64,000 nt of DNA from Candidatus Marinacidobacterales bacterium (GTDB taxonomy: Bacteria > Acidobacteriota > Vicinamibacteria > Marinacidobacterales > DATDRI01). The notes below the pieces were generated by a model. It saw only the letters and a list, made by a program, of their open reading frames with translations. It searched no databases and had not been told where the DNA came from. The stretch covers positions 832,001-896,000 of the forward strand of contig OZ245365.1 in the NCBI GenBank assembly GCA_965226495.1. The letters run 5' to 3'. Every line of letters begins with the position of its first letter. Position 1 is the stretch's first letter. Of the stretch, positions 20,271 through 29,062 are shown piece after piece. Both the position numbers and the translations under genes were made by a program.

Positions 20271-21095
20271 CTAGTTCAGTGGTTGCACTTCGCCCTCTGT
20301 GGACCAACCGCGCTCGGAGGCAAGCTGGTCCATCGCCTCGATCCGATCGTTGTTGAGAGGGTGGGTCGAGAGGTAGCTCGCGACATGGCGCCCGACGCTC
20401 GACTTCGGCAGAGGGAGCCTCTCGAAAAAGTCCCACGCGCCGGCGACGGTGCCGTACTCTTCATGGACGAGCTCCAGTCCAAATGCATCGGCCGCTTCTT
20501 CCTGAGCCCTTCCGAAACTCCGAGTGGTAAAGCTCCCGGCGAGAACGACAAGAGCGGTAGCCGACTCACCTCCACCTGTTCCCCGTATCACCGCGACCAA
20601 GAAACCAAGGGCCACGCCCCGACCCAGGTGGCGCAGGTGGTCGCGGTTGCGGAAGTGTCCAAGCTCATGGCCCACGATAAAGGCTAGCTCGTTCTCACTT
20701 TGTACATGGTCCAGCATTCCGGACGTAACGAACACTAGTCCGCCGGGAAAGGCGAAGGCATTGTCCTGTGCCTCGTCCATCACGTGGGTACGGACATCGT
20801 AGGGGTTGTCCGACCAGTGGGATGCGATCCGGTCCACCAGCTCTTGCAGTCTCTCACGACGCTCACGATTTTCGTCCGTTACCTCGGGTGCGAAAAGCGT
20901 CGAGAAACCGGTGAAGACTCTCGCTTCCCAAGAAATCGGGAGGAGCGGAACGATGAGATCCACAACGAGAGCGATAAGGATGACGAATACACCAGCCGCC
21001 CCGATCAAGCCGCCGACGAGAAGAACCGTCTCGCGGCCCAAGCTCGTGCGCGAGGTGTTGACGTCTTCTCGGGGCAGGCGAGGCGCGTGGTCCAA
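20271..21095 (-). CDS. M48-family zinc metallopeptidase
   Basis: NAFAFPGG, HELGH, EEAAD, YLSTHP..RI. Confidence 0.92.
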   Translation of the reverse strand: MDHAPRLPREDVNTSRTSLGRETVLLVGGLIGAAGVFVILIALVVDLIVPLLPISWEARVFTGFSTLFAPEVTDENRERRERLQELVDRIASHWSDNPYDVRTHVMDEAQDNAFAFPGGLVFVTSGMLDHVQSENELAFIVGHELGHFRNRDHLRHLGRGVALGFLVAVIRGTGGGESATALVVLAGSFTTRSFGRAQEEAADAFGLELVHEEYGTVAGAWDFFERLPLPKSSVGRHVASYLSTHPLNNDRIEAMDQLASERGWSTEGEVQPLN

Positions 21096-21099
21096 AACA

Positions 21100-21573
21100 T
21101 TACCTAGCGAATCTCAATGCGGTTCCGAACGCGAGGACTTCGACTCCGGCGACTCCTCGATCGCCTCGGGAGCTTGCGAGCCGCGAAGTCTCCAGCCTCA
21201 CGTTGATTACCGCCTGAAAGCCGCGCTCTCTGCTACTTTCTTTGAGGCGCATCATGGCCTCGCGCCGCCCTCGATCGAGTAGCGTTTCATAGGCCGTGAT
21301 GCGCCCGCCGAATAACATACGCAGGCCGGCGAGAAAACGCTTGAAGTGGTCGATAGAGACAACGACGCTTCCCGTGACGAGCTCCGACGCCACGACCTTG
21401 CGGTCCTCGGGAACGTAGGGAAACGTGACGGCGAGGAAGTGTCGGGACGCGTTCTCACGAACTCTGAGACTCCGGAAATGGCGCCGCTCGATGGCCGTTC
21501 CAATGAAATACGCTCCGATTAGCACGAGGAGCGGGAGCCCCAGATTGAAGACTAGCTGGATCCACGCTTCCAT
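21100..21573 (-). CDS. YbjQ-like (UPF0145) protein with N-terminal TM
   Basis: VTGSVV...GGRITAYETLLDRGRREA...NVRLETS...AFGTA. Confidence 0.85.
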   Translation of the reverse strand: MEAWIQLVFNLGLPLLVLIGAYFIGTAIERRHFRSLRVRENASRHFLAVTFPYVPEDRKVVASELVTGSVVVSIDHFKRFLAGLRMLFGGRITAYETLLDRGRREAMMRLKESSRERGFQAVINVRLETSRLASSRGDRGVAGVEVLAFGTALRFAR

Positions 21574-21575
21574 TG

Positions 21576-21890
21576 CTATTCCACCGTGACGGCCGTGCCA
21601 TAGGCGAAAAGCTCTGCGGCGCCTTGGGCAACGGAGCTAGTGGAAAAACGTATGTTCACGACGGCGTTGGCACCGACCGACTGCGCCTGCTGTTTCATTC
21701 GGTCCAACGCTTCCGTGCGAGCCTCGTTGAGGAGCTCGGTGTAGCCGGTGAGCTCTCCACCCACGATGTTCTTGAGGCCGGCCATGATGTCGCGGCCGAC
21801 GTGTTTCGCTCGAACCGTGCTTCCGGTGACGACTCCATAAAACTCCCGGATCGTCTTGCCGGGGATGGTTTCCGTGTTACTCAGGATCAC
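21576..21890 (-). CDS. ybjQ: YbjQ family (UPF0145) protein
   Basis: GSTVRAKHVGRDIMAGLKNIVGGEL..Y...AYGTAV. Confidence 0.93.
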   Translation of the reverse strand: MILSNTETIPGKTIREFYGVVTGSTVRAKHVGRDIMAGLKNIVGGELTGYTELLNEARTEALDRMKQQAQSVGANAVVNIRFSTSSVAQGAAELFAYGTAVTVE

Positions 21891-22002
21891 GATGTACCTC
21901 CTTGGTCAGGTTTTGTCGGAATGGCTTCAAGTCTTTGCGAGTCAGTCTTTACGGAGACGTCGATTGATCCTAGTGTAACATACCGCTGTGCTAAGCTGGC
22001 GC

Positions 22003-22716
22003 ATGCGGCCGGCGTTACCGTGGCTCAACCTCGTTCTCATCTTTATTGGTCTCGCGTCCAGTGCCTGTATTGGATGTCAGGCGAGCGAGTCCGGCCAGAG
22101 TCCAGATCAAAGAGACGACCCCGGACGAGATGTCTCGGTTGCCGCGGCACCCGGGCAGCCGAAAATCGTGACATTGGGTGACAGCCTCACCGCCGGCCAC
22201 GGCCTTGCGGTAGATGAGGCCTATCCCGCCGTTCTACAAGAGCGATTGGACGAACGAGGTTATCAGTTCGAAGTTGTCAACGCAGGTGTTTCCGGGGATA
22301 CGACGGCAGGTGGTCTCCGACGACTCGATTGGGTCCTCGAAGGCGACGTGCGGATTTTGATACTCGCCCTGGGTGGCAACGATGGACTTCGGGGTTTGCC
22401 GGCAGCGGAGATGAAGCGCAACTTGGCCACGATGATCGAACGCGCTCAGTCGCGAGGGATTGCGGTGCTCCTGGCCGGCATGGAAGCGCCTCCTAACTTG
22501 GGAGCGTCCTACACCGCCGAATTTAGACAAGTGTTCCGCGAGCTGGAGGCGGAGTATGACGTTGCTGCTCTTCCGTTCCTATTGGAGGACGTCGCCGGCG
22601 AGCGCACCTTGAACCAGCCGGACGGCATCCATCCCAATCCGAAAGGCGCACGTGTGCTTGCCGATAACGTCTGGACGATCCTCGAGCCGATGCTGGCGAC
22701 CGTCTCCAACCCATGA
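22003..22716 (+). CDS. tesA: arylesterase / acyl-CoA thioesterase (GDSL/SGNH)
   Basis: GDSLTAG, NAGVSGDTT, GGNDGLRG, DGIHPN. Confidence 0.92.
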   Translation: MRPALPWLNLVLIFIGLASSACIGCQASESGQSPDQRDDPGRDVSVAAAPGQPKIVTLGDSLTAGHGLAVDEAYPAVLQERLDERGYQFEVVNAGVSGDTTAGGLRRLDWVLEGDVRILILALGGNDGLRGLPAAEMKRNLATMIERAQSRGIAVLLAGMEAPPNLGASYTAEFRQVFRELEAEYDVAALPFLLEDVAGERTLNQPDGIHPNPKGARVLADNVWTILEPMLATVSNP

Positions 22717-23414
22717 TCGAGCTCAAGAACGTTTCCAAAACCGTCACCAGCGGCTCCGAGCAGCTCACCATACTTCATGCTCTCGATCTCCATGTTCCTT
22801 CCGGTCAATTTCTATCGGTGGTCGGCCCCTCGGGAAGCGGAAAATCGACACTGCTGGGATTGATCGCGGGCTTGGATTCACCGTCCGTGGGCAACGTTCT
22901 CATCGATGGAGACGACATCACCGCCCTCGACGAGGATCGCTTGGCCCGTCTGCGCGGGGACAAGATTGGGTTCGTTTTTCAATTCTTTCACCTCATCCCC
23001 TCGCTGACCGCTTACGAGAACGTTCTGGTGCCTATGGAGTTGGCCGAGGCTTCGAGCCCGGCGGATAAGGCGAACCGGCTCTTGGAGGAGATGGGCTTGT
23101 CCGACCGCGGCCATCATTACCCTGCCCAGTTGTCCGGCGGTGAGCAGCAGCGGGTTGCGATCGCACGCGCGTTGGCCAACGATCCGCCGATACTCCTGGC
23201 CGATGAGCCCACCGGCAACCTGGATAGCGCCAATGGACGCCATATCATCGATCTTCTGGTGGGAGTGCACCGGACGCGAAAATCCACCATCGTCCTCGCC
23301 ACTCACGACGCCGAGCTCGCCGATCAAGGGGACGTCATCCTGACGCTGCGCGGCGGGCGAGTAGAAAACCGCCGGGAGCTTTCGAAAAGCGTGACCACGA
23401 GCAGCTCGTCGTGA
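22713..23414 (+). CDS. ybbA: ABC transporter ATP-binding protein (YbbA-like)
   Basis: [27 protein letters not shown]; lies between tesA and a YbbP-like permease. Confidence 0.88.
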   Translation: MIELKNVSKTVTSGSEQLTILHALDLHVPSGQFLSVVGPSGSGKSTLLGLIAGLDSPSVGNVLIDGDDITALDEDRLARLRGDKIGFVFQFFHLIPSLTAYENVLVPMELAEASSPADKANRLLEEMGLSDRGHHYPAQLSGGEQQRVAIARALANDPPILLADEPTGNLDSANGRHIIDLLVGVHRTRKSTIVLATHDAELADQGDVILTLRGGRVENRRELSKSVTTSSSS

Positions 23415-25960
23415 AGTTCGTTTTCCGCATGGCGGCCCGGGAGATGCGCGCCTCCTGGAGGCGCCTGCTTTTCTTCTTTATCTGCGTGGCCATTGGTGTT
23501 GCCGCCATCGTCGCACTCCGCTCGGTAATCCAAAACATCCGCACGACACTGGTGAAAGAGGCGAAAACACTCACCGCCGCCGATATTATTGTTCAAAGCA
23601 ACCAACCCTGGCCGGACGACACCAGAGCACTCATTGATGAACGGCTCTCGACCACCACCATCCTGGCGCGGACCGAATCCATCGAGACGGCGACCATGGC
23701 TCGCCCTGCGGACGATGGGAAAGCGGTTGCGACCATGATCGAGCTGCGGGCTCTGCAGTCGGAGTTCCCGCTTTACGGGGACCTCCTGCTCGAAAGCGGT
23801 CGGCCCTACTCTCACGAGCTACTGAGAGACCGGGGCGCGGTGGTGCGGCCCGAGCTATTGACGCGACTCGGTATCGAAGTCGGCGACGAGATGACGATCG
23901 GCGGCCAGGCTTACACCGTCCGCGACGTGATCACGAAGGAACCTGGGCAACGACTGGGCATTTTTAGATTCGGGCCGCGAGTTCTTGTCGACTACGATGA
24001 CTTTACGAACTCCGAGCTCTTCGGTGTCGGTGGCCGCGTCCGGTATCAGATTCTCCTTCGCACCTACGAGGCGAGCATCGAGCCCTTGGTCGAAACCCTG
24101 GAGCAGACACTAGAAAGCGAGTACGCGTGGGTGCGCTCTTACCGGGAGACCGGCGATCGGATTGGACGGCGCCTGAAGCGTGCCGAGAACTATCTGAGCT
24201 TGGTGGGTTTTGTGATCGTGATTCTCGGTGGGATCGGCATCTGGAGTGTCGTCGGCGTCTTCATGCGTCGCAAGCTCAAAAGCATCGCTATCCTGAAGTG
24301 CCTCGGGGCGAGCACCAAGCAGATCTTCGGCATCTATATGCTTCAGGTCTTGTTCCTCGGGTTGGGCGGCAGTGTTCTCGGGCTGGTCATCGCGCACTTC
24401 GCGGTAGAGGCGGTTCCGCCCGGCGTAGTGGCGGGACTAAGGATGGACGACTACGGTCTCACCGGCTCGGCCACGCTCCAGGGGATCGGTATCGGCATTC
24501 TCGTGTCGGTTCTCTTCTCGCTCATCCCGTTGATGGAATCGAGACACATCAAACCGTTGCTTCTTCTTCGACAGGAAGTGGATCGTTCGGTTATCCAGGG
24601 GAGAAGCCGGTGGGAAGCGGTCGATCGATGGGAAGTGGCGGCTGCGGCAACCGTGCTGATCGCACTGCTCACGCTCGCCAGCTGGCAGGCGGGATCCATT
24701 CGGGTGGGGGCTTTCGTGACCGTCGGTTTCGCGGCGGTGGCCCTCGTTCTCCATCTTGCCGGCACATTGCTGGTGGGGTTGGTGAAACCTCTTGGCCGGA
24801 AGGGTTGGTTTCCCTTACGCCATGCGGTCCTTAGTCTGAGTCGGCCGGGCAACCAAACTCGCATGGTGTTGCTCGCGGTCGGGCTCGGTACGTTCTTCAT
24901 CCTCGGCACGCGGGGCACAGAAACAAACCTCCTCGAGCAATTCACGTTGGAGCTCCGAGACGATGCGCCGGACATGTTTCTGATAGATGTTCAACCCGAT
25001 CAAGCTGAGCCGGCGGAGCAACTGCTGATGTCTCTCGGTGCACGTGAGGTCCGCATGGTTCCAGTTCTGCGGGCCCGAGTGACTGCGGTCCAGGGTGCCG
25101 AGCTCAACCTGGAGGGGTACCAGGAGGTTCGCGAGCACCGTTGGTTGGGACGCGAATTTACCGTCACCTATCGAGATCACCTGGACCCCAACGAGCACGT
25201 CGTGGAAGGCCGGTTTTGGGACGCCAGTCCATCCACCGAAGCCGAAGTGTCGATCGAGCCGGGTTTGCAAGAGGACTTCGGCATTCAGGTCGGCGACACG
25301 ATGCGTTTCGACATCCTGGGGCGGGCGCTCAGTGCCCGGGTGACCAGCATTCGCGAAGTGGATTGGAACGATGCGCGCAACGGCGGCTTTATGTTTGTGT
25401 TCAGGCCGGGGGCACTTGCGAATGCGCCGCATACGTTCCTCGGGTTCGTGAAGGCGCCTTTCGATACCTTGGCCCGGGCGCGTATGCAGCGTGATGTGAT
25501 CTCCGAGTTCAAAAACGTATCGATCGTCGATCTCCGGGACATCTTGCTGACTCTTCACGGGGTAGTCGAGAAATTGGCGCTCGCCATCACGCTAGTTGGC
25601 GCCATCGCCCTGATCAGCGGGGCCATGATCCTCGTTGGATCGGTGGCCATGACCAAGTTCCAACGCGAGTACGAGTCTTCGATCCTGAGGACGCTGGGGG
25701 CGAGTGGAAAAACCATAAGGACCATGGTCCTTCTCGAGTACGGAACGCTCGGTGCTCTGGCTGGTGCGGTCGGCGGCCTAGGTGCTCCTTTGCTGACCTG
25801 GGTCTTGTGCCGTCACTTGTTCGAGATCCCCTGGCAGCCCAACTTCTGGCTAAGCCTTGCCGGAATTCCAATCACCGCGCTCGGAGTCAGCATCGTTGGC
25901 ATGGTGACAACGATGGATATCCTTCGAAAGAAGCCGCTCGCGGTTCTCCGCGCCGAGTAG
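23411..25960 (+). CDS. ybbP: FtsX-like ABC permease (YbbP-like)
   Basis: 849 aa with two FtsX-like halves; PLYG, APDMFLIDVQPDQ. Confidence 0.88.
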   Translation: MKFVFRMAAREMRASWRRLLFFFICVAIGVAAIVALRSVIQNIRTTLVKEAKTLTAADIIVQSNQPWPDDTRALIDERLSTTTILARTESIETATMARPADDGKAVATMIELRALQSEFPLYGDLLLESGRPYSHELLRDRGAVVRPELLTRLGIEVGDEMTIGGQAYTVRDVITKEPGQRLGIFRFGPRVLVDYDDFTNSELFGVGGRVRYQILLRTYEASIEPLVETLEQTLESEYAWVRSYRETGDRIGRRLKRAENYLSLVGFVIVILGGIGIWSVVGVFMRRKLKSIAILKCLGASTKQIFGIYMLQVLFLGLGGSVLGLVIAHFAVEAVPPGVVAGLRMDDYGLTGSATLQGIGIGILVSVLFSLIPLMESRHIKPLLLLRQEVDRSVIQGRSRWEAVDRWEVAAAATVLIALLTLASWQAGSIRVGAFVTVGFAAVALVLHLAGTLLVGLVKPLGRKGWFPLRHAVLSLSRPGNQTRMVLLAVGLGTFFILGTRGTETNLLEQFTLELRDDAPDMFLIDVQPDQAEPAEQLLMSLGAREVRMVPVLRARVTAVQGAELNLEGYQEVREHRWLGREFTVTYRDHLDPNEHVVEGRFWDASPSTEAEVSIEPGLQEDFGIQVGDTMRFDILGRALSARVTSIREVDWNDARNGGFMFVFRPGALANAPHTFLGFVKAPFDTLARARMQRDVISEFKNVSIVDLRDILLTLHGVVEKLALAITLVGAIALISGAMILVGSVAMTKFQREYESSILRTLGASGKTIRTMVLLEYGTLGALAGAVGGLGAPLLTWVLCRHLFEIPWQPNFWLSLAGIPITALGVSIVGMVTTMDILRKKPLAVLRAE

Positions 25961-25968
25961 AGTTGCTA

Positions 25969-26547
25969 GTGTTCCAGCCGAGGCATAGACCCTGGCCGGT
26001 CGTCGCGGCCATCGTGTTGATGGTTTTGGCGTGTGGCAGATCGCAGCAGGATGTCGTCAATGAGTTTGTGAGCGCCTCTAAGAATCAGGACTTGGCGACT
26101 CTTGCCAAAGTATCGATCGTTCCTCTCCCTTTCGAGATTGCGTCGTGGCGGATCACGCGAACTGCGACACCGCGCGAAGAGCCCTTCAACCTCGAAGAAA
26201 TCCAACGAAAATTGAGCCAGGCCAGAGCTGCGCGAGATGCCGCCTTGGCCGCGAATGACGAGACCGAACGGCTTCGCATCCAGACTCGCGTCGACCGGCT
26301 CCGGGCCGAGCTAGGCGAGCAAAGAGAAGCGGCGCGCAAGTCGCTCCGCACCTGGTCGCCAATCGATGAGTTCGAAGGGACGGTCGAGGTGTCCGAGGTC
26401 GAAGTGGAGATTCGATCCCCGCGGGGTGATGACGGAGCGTTTTTCCTGACGATGAAGCGGTTTTCTCTCGAGAACTCGCAAACGGGTGCCCGGCCTCCCG
26501 CCGAGTGGATCTTGACCAGAATCGGGCCGACGAGCCCCGCCTATTGA
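25969..26547 (+). CDS. hypothetical lipoprotein with central coiled coil
   Basis: Lipobox VLAC after a hydrophobic stretch; GTG directly downstream of the permease. Confidence 0.65.
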   Translation: MFQPRHRPWPVVAAIVLMVLACGRSQQDVVNEFVSASKNQDLATLAKVSIVPLPFEIASWRITRTATPREEPFNLEEIQRKLSQARAARDAALAANDETERLRIQTRVDRLRAELGEQREAARKSLRTWSPIDEFEGTVEVSEVEVEIRSPRGDDGAFFLTMKRFSLENSQTGARPPAEWILTRIGPTSPAY

Positions 26548-27896
26548 ATGTAGCCGAGTGCCTTGAGCTCCCTTACTTGATCTTCCGTGAGCTCGAGCTC
26601 CCTGACGTTCAGCGCTTTCCTCATGCGCATCCGTAGCGCTCGGTTGTCTTCAGCAATGACTCCTAGGGTGCGAGCCATCGATTCGACGCGATCGGGAAGT
26701 GCGGCCGCCAAGTTGTTCTGCTCCTTTGGGTCCTCTTTCAGATCGTAGAGCTCGTACTCCATCCGTATTGCTCTGGGAATTTTTTCGAAACGACTGGGCG
26801 GGTTCTCGATGAGCTTCCAAGAGCTCGTGCGCAGGCAGGCGGCAAACGCTTCCGAGGCGTAGGCGAAACGCCGAGAGCCTGTCGCGGGAAGCGGATCCAG
26901 TAACAACGAACCCTGCATGGCGGGCAGCGGTTCCACTCCAACCTCCCGGAGGATCGTCGGGGTCACGTCGATCAGCTGCACCGGTTCCTCGACTCTTCGG
27001 CCCGCATGGCGCGCTCTTGGGAATCGGATCAGAAGGGGAATGCGAATGAGCTCGTCGTAGACCGAATTGCCGTGGTTCATCAACCCGTGCTCCAAGAATC
27101 CTTCTCCGTGGTCGCCGAACACGACAATGAGCGACGAGTCGTAGAGGCCCAGTGCCGCGAGCTCATCGAGGAAACGTCCGATCGCAAAATCGGCATACGC
27201 AATCTCGCCATCGTAAAGCGCAACGACTTCGGAAAGCTCTTCCGTGGAGAGCTCTTTGTCCTGCTCGTAGGGATGGGAGCGACTGATATCTCGGATGTTG
27301 GGTCGATAAGCGGGAACGTAGGCGGTGTCGAACGGCCAGGGCGGTTCGTAAGGATGATGGGCGTCGAACAAGTGCAAGAACAAGAAGAACGGTCGGGGGA
27401 GAACCGCCGGCCGACCCGGATCCTGGGCCAGCCATTCGAGGGCACGATCCACCATGATGTCGGCCGGCCGCACGCGTTCGGCCCGGTAGTACTGATCGTA
27501 GCCTTTGGAGAACCCGTAGTCCTCGCTGAGGACCGGCGCCACGAACGCCGCCGTTTGATAGCCGGCGTCCTCGAGCATTTCGGGAAGCATCCTGCTCATG
27601 TCGCTTTGCGGTGTGAGGTGGGAGATCGAATGCACCGACGGATAAAGAGAAGTGAAGAGGCTCATGTGGGCGGGCACCGTCCACGGAGTCGGCGTGAAGG
27701 CCTGCTCGAAGACCACACCCTCTTCGGCGAGTCGGGCCAAATTGGGCGTGGTGGGACGGTGGTAACCGTAGACACTAAGGTGGTCCGCTCGCACCGTGTC
27801 CAGAGAAATGAGGATGACATTGGGGAGCCGCTGTCGCTCCGCACAGCCGGCGGTCAGAAGAAGCGCGAGAGTTAGGAATATGCTTCGCCGATCCAT
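26541..27896 (-). CDS. sulfatase-like hydrolase, lipoprotein
   Basis: PNVILISLDTVRADHL, WTVPAH, GDHGE, ELYDL..DP.E, LKALGY. Confidence 0.9.
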   Translation of the reverse strand: MDRRSIFLTLALLLTAGCAERQRLPNVILISLDTVRADHLSVYGYHRPTTPNLARLAEEGVVFEQAFTPTPWTVPAHMSLFTSLYPSVHSISHLTPQSDMSRMLPEMLEDAGYQTAAFVAPVLSEDYGFSKGYDQYYRAERVRPADIMVDRALEWLAQDPGRPAVLPRPFFLFLHLFDAHHPYEPPWPFDTAYVPAYRPNIRDISRSHPYEQDKELSTEELSEVVALYDGEIAYADFAIGRFLDELAALGLYDSSLIVVFGDHGEGFLEHGLMNHGNSVYDELIRIPLLIRFPRARHAGRRVEEPVQLIDVTPTILREVGVEPLPAMQGSLLLDPLPATGSRRFAYASEAFAACLRTSSWKLIENPPSRFEKIPRAIRMEYELYDLKEDPKEQNNLAAALPDRVESMARTLGVIAEDNRALRMRMRKALNVRELELTEDQVRELKALGYIQ

Positions 27897-27919
27897 CGAA
27901 TCGGCATTTTACCCTACCG

Positions 27920-28120
27920 CTAAGCTCGGACGGGTCGGCCTCCGAGTAGTCGAGCCGGTAAATGAAGAAGCGCCTTCAGCAGGTCGAACACCGCGTCCAC
28001 CGTGATACCAATCAGTCGGAACGGTAGAAGTAGAAGCCAAACGAAAGGATAGGCAATTAGGGCCAACAAAGCCACGGGCCAGCAAAGCACGAAAAGAATA
28101 AGCCAAAGCATGAATTTCAA
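27920..28120 (-). CDS. small hydrophobic membrane protein
   Basis: GAGGAGG RBS; LCWPVALLALIAYPFVWLLLLPFRLIG. Confidence 0.75.
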   Translation of the reverse strand: MKFMLWLILFVLCWPVALLALIAYPFVWLLLLPFRLIGITVDAVFDLLKALLHLPARLLGGRPVRA

Positions 28121-28215
28121 CAGTTTAACCTCCTCATTTAGTAGTACGTAAATCCTCGGGCATTTGTTCCCTTGAGCTGGCTCGCCTGATATAGTCCGCC
28201 GCGGAGGAGACGAGT

Positions 28216-28941
28216 ATGCGCAGTATTGTTCTGACTTTAGTCTTGGCTTTCATGGCGCCTTTGGCGGAGGCGGCCGACCTCTATCGGATCATGATGGTTC
28301 GCGCGGCGCCGGGCGGGCTAGTCTAGCTCATCGATCTCTTTAAGGAAACGATGCCGGCCATCCCTCCCGATGAGCGTCCGTTTTGGATGCGGCACAGCCA
28401 AGGCGATCAATGGGATCTGCTCCTCTTGTATCCGGTGGGGAGTTTCACCGACTTTTATTCTGCTGAGCGGGTCGTCCGCCGTGCTAAAGCGGTCAAGGAT
28501 GCCGGCATGTCGCAAGACGTCGATCGCCGCTTTCACGCCCTGTTCGCTTGGCACGAGGACATTTTCGTGGACGGGCCGCCACTGAGCGCGGTCAAACAGG
28601 CGTTCGATGGTGCCGGTTTTTTCCATGTCGAGATATTCCGGGCCCTTCCTGGAAAGCAGAAAGAGCTTCTCCGGGAGCGGGAGATGGAAAATATGTATCT
28701 CGAGAAGTTGGGCCGCCCGCAGAACCTCACCCTATTGCATCGGGAGGGCGCGGCGTGGGATGTGTTCTCCATCGGTTTCTATCGAGATCTCAAGCACTAC
28801 GCCGAGAGTGCGGATCTGTCGGCCGAAGACCAAGAGGCGGCGGCCAAGGCTGCCGGTTTCGAGGGTGCGGATCGAATCGGCACGTATCTCCGTCGCTTGA
28901 TGGCCGAGCACCATGACACATTGGCCGGTCCTATCAATTGA
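28216..28941 (+). CDS. secreted hypothetical protein (NIPSNAP-like fold suspected) with an in-frame TAG at 28324-28326
   Basis: GGAGGAG RBS and a signal peptide MRSIVLTLVLAFMAPLAEA in frame with ORF 28351..28941. Confidence 0.65.
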
Positions 28942-29062
28942 GAAAACTTGCTTCCCGTCTTTCTGCGCACTAGAATCGCTACGCCGGCGTCCTTAGGAGG
29001 GTGTACGTGGTCTTGGGAGATGGATCGATCGTCTGAGTTCCCCCCCTTTCTAAAACCGCAGG

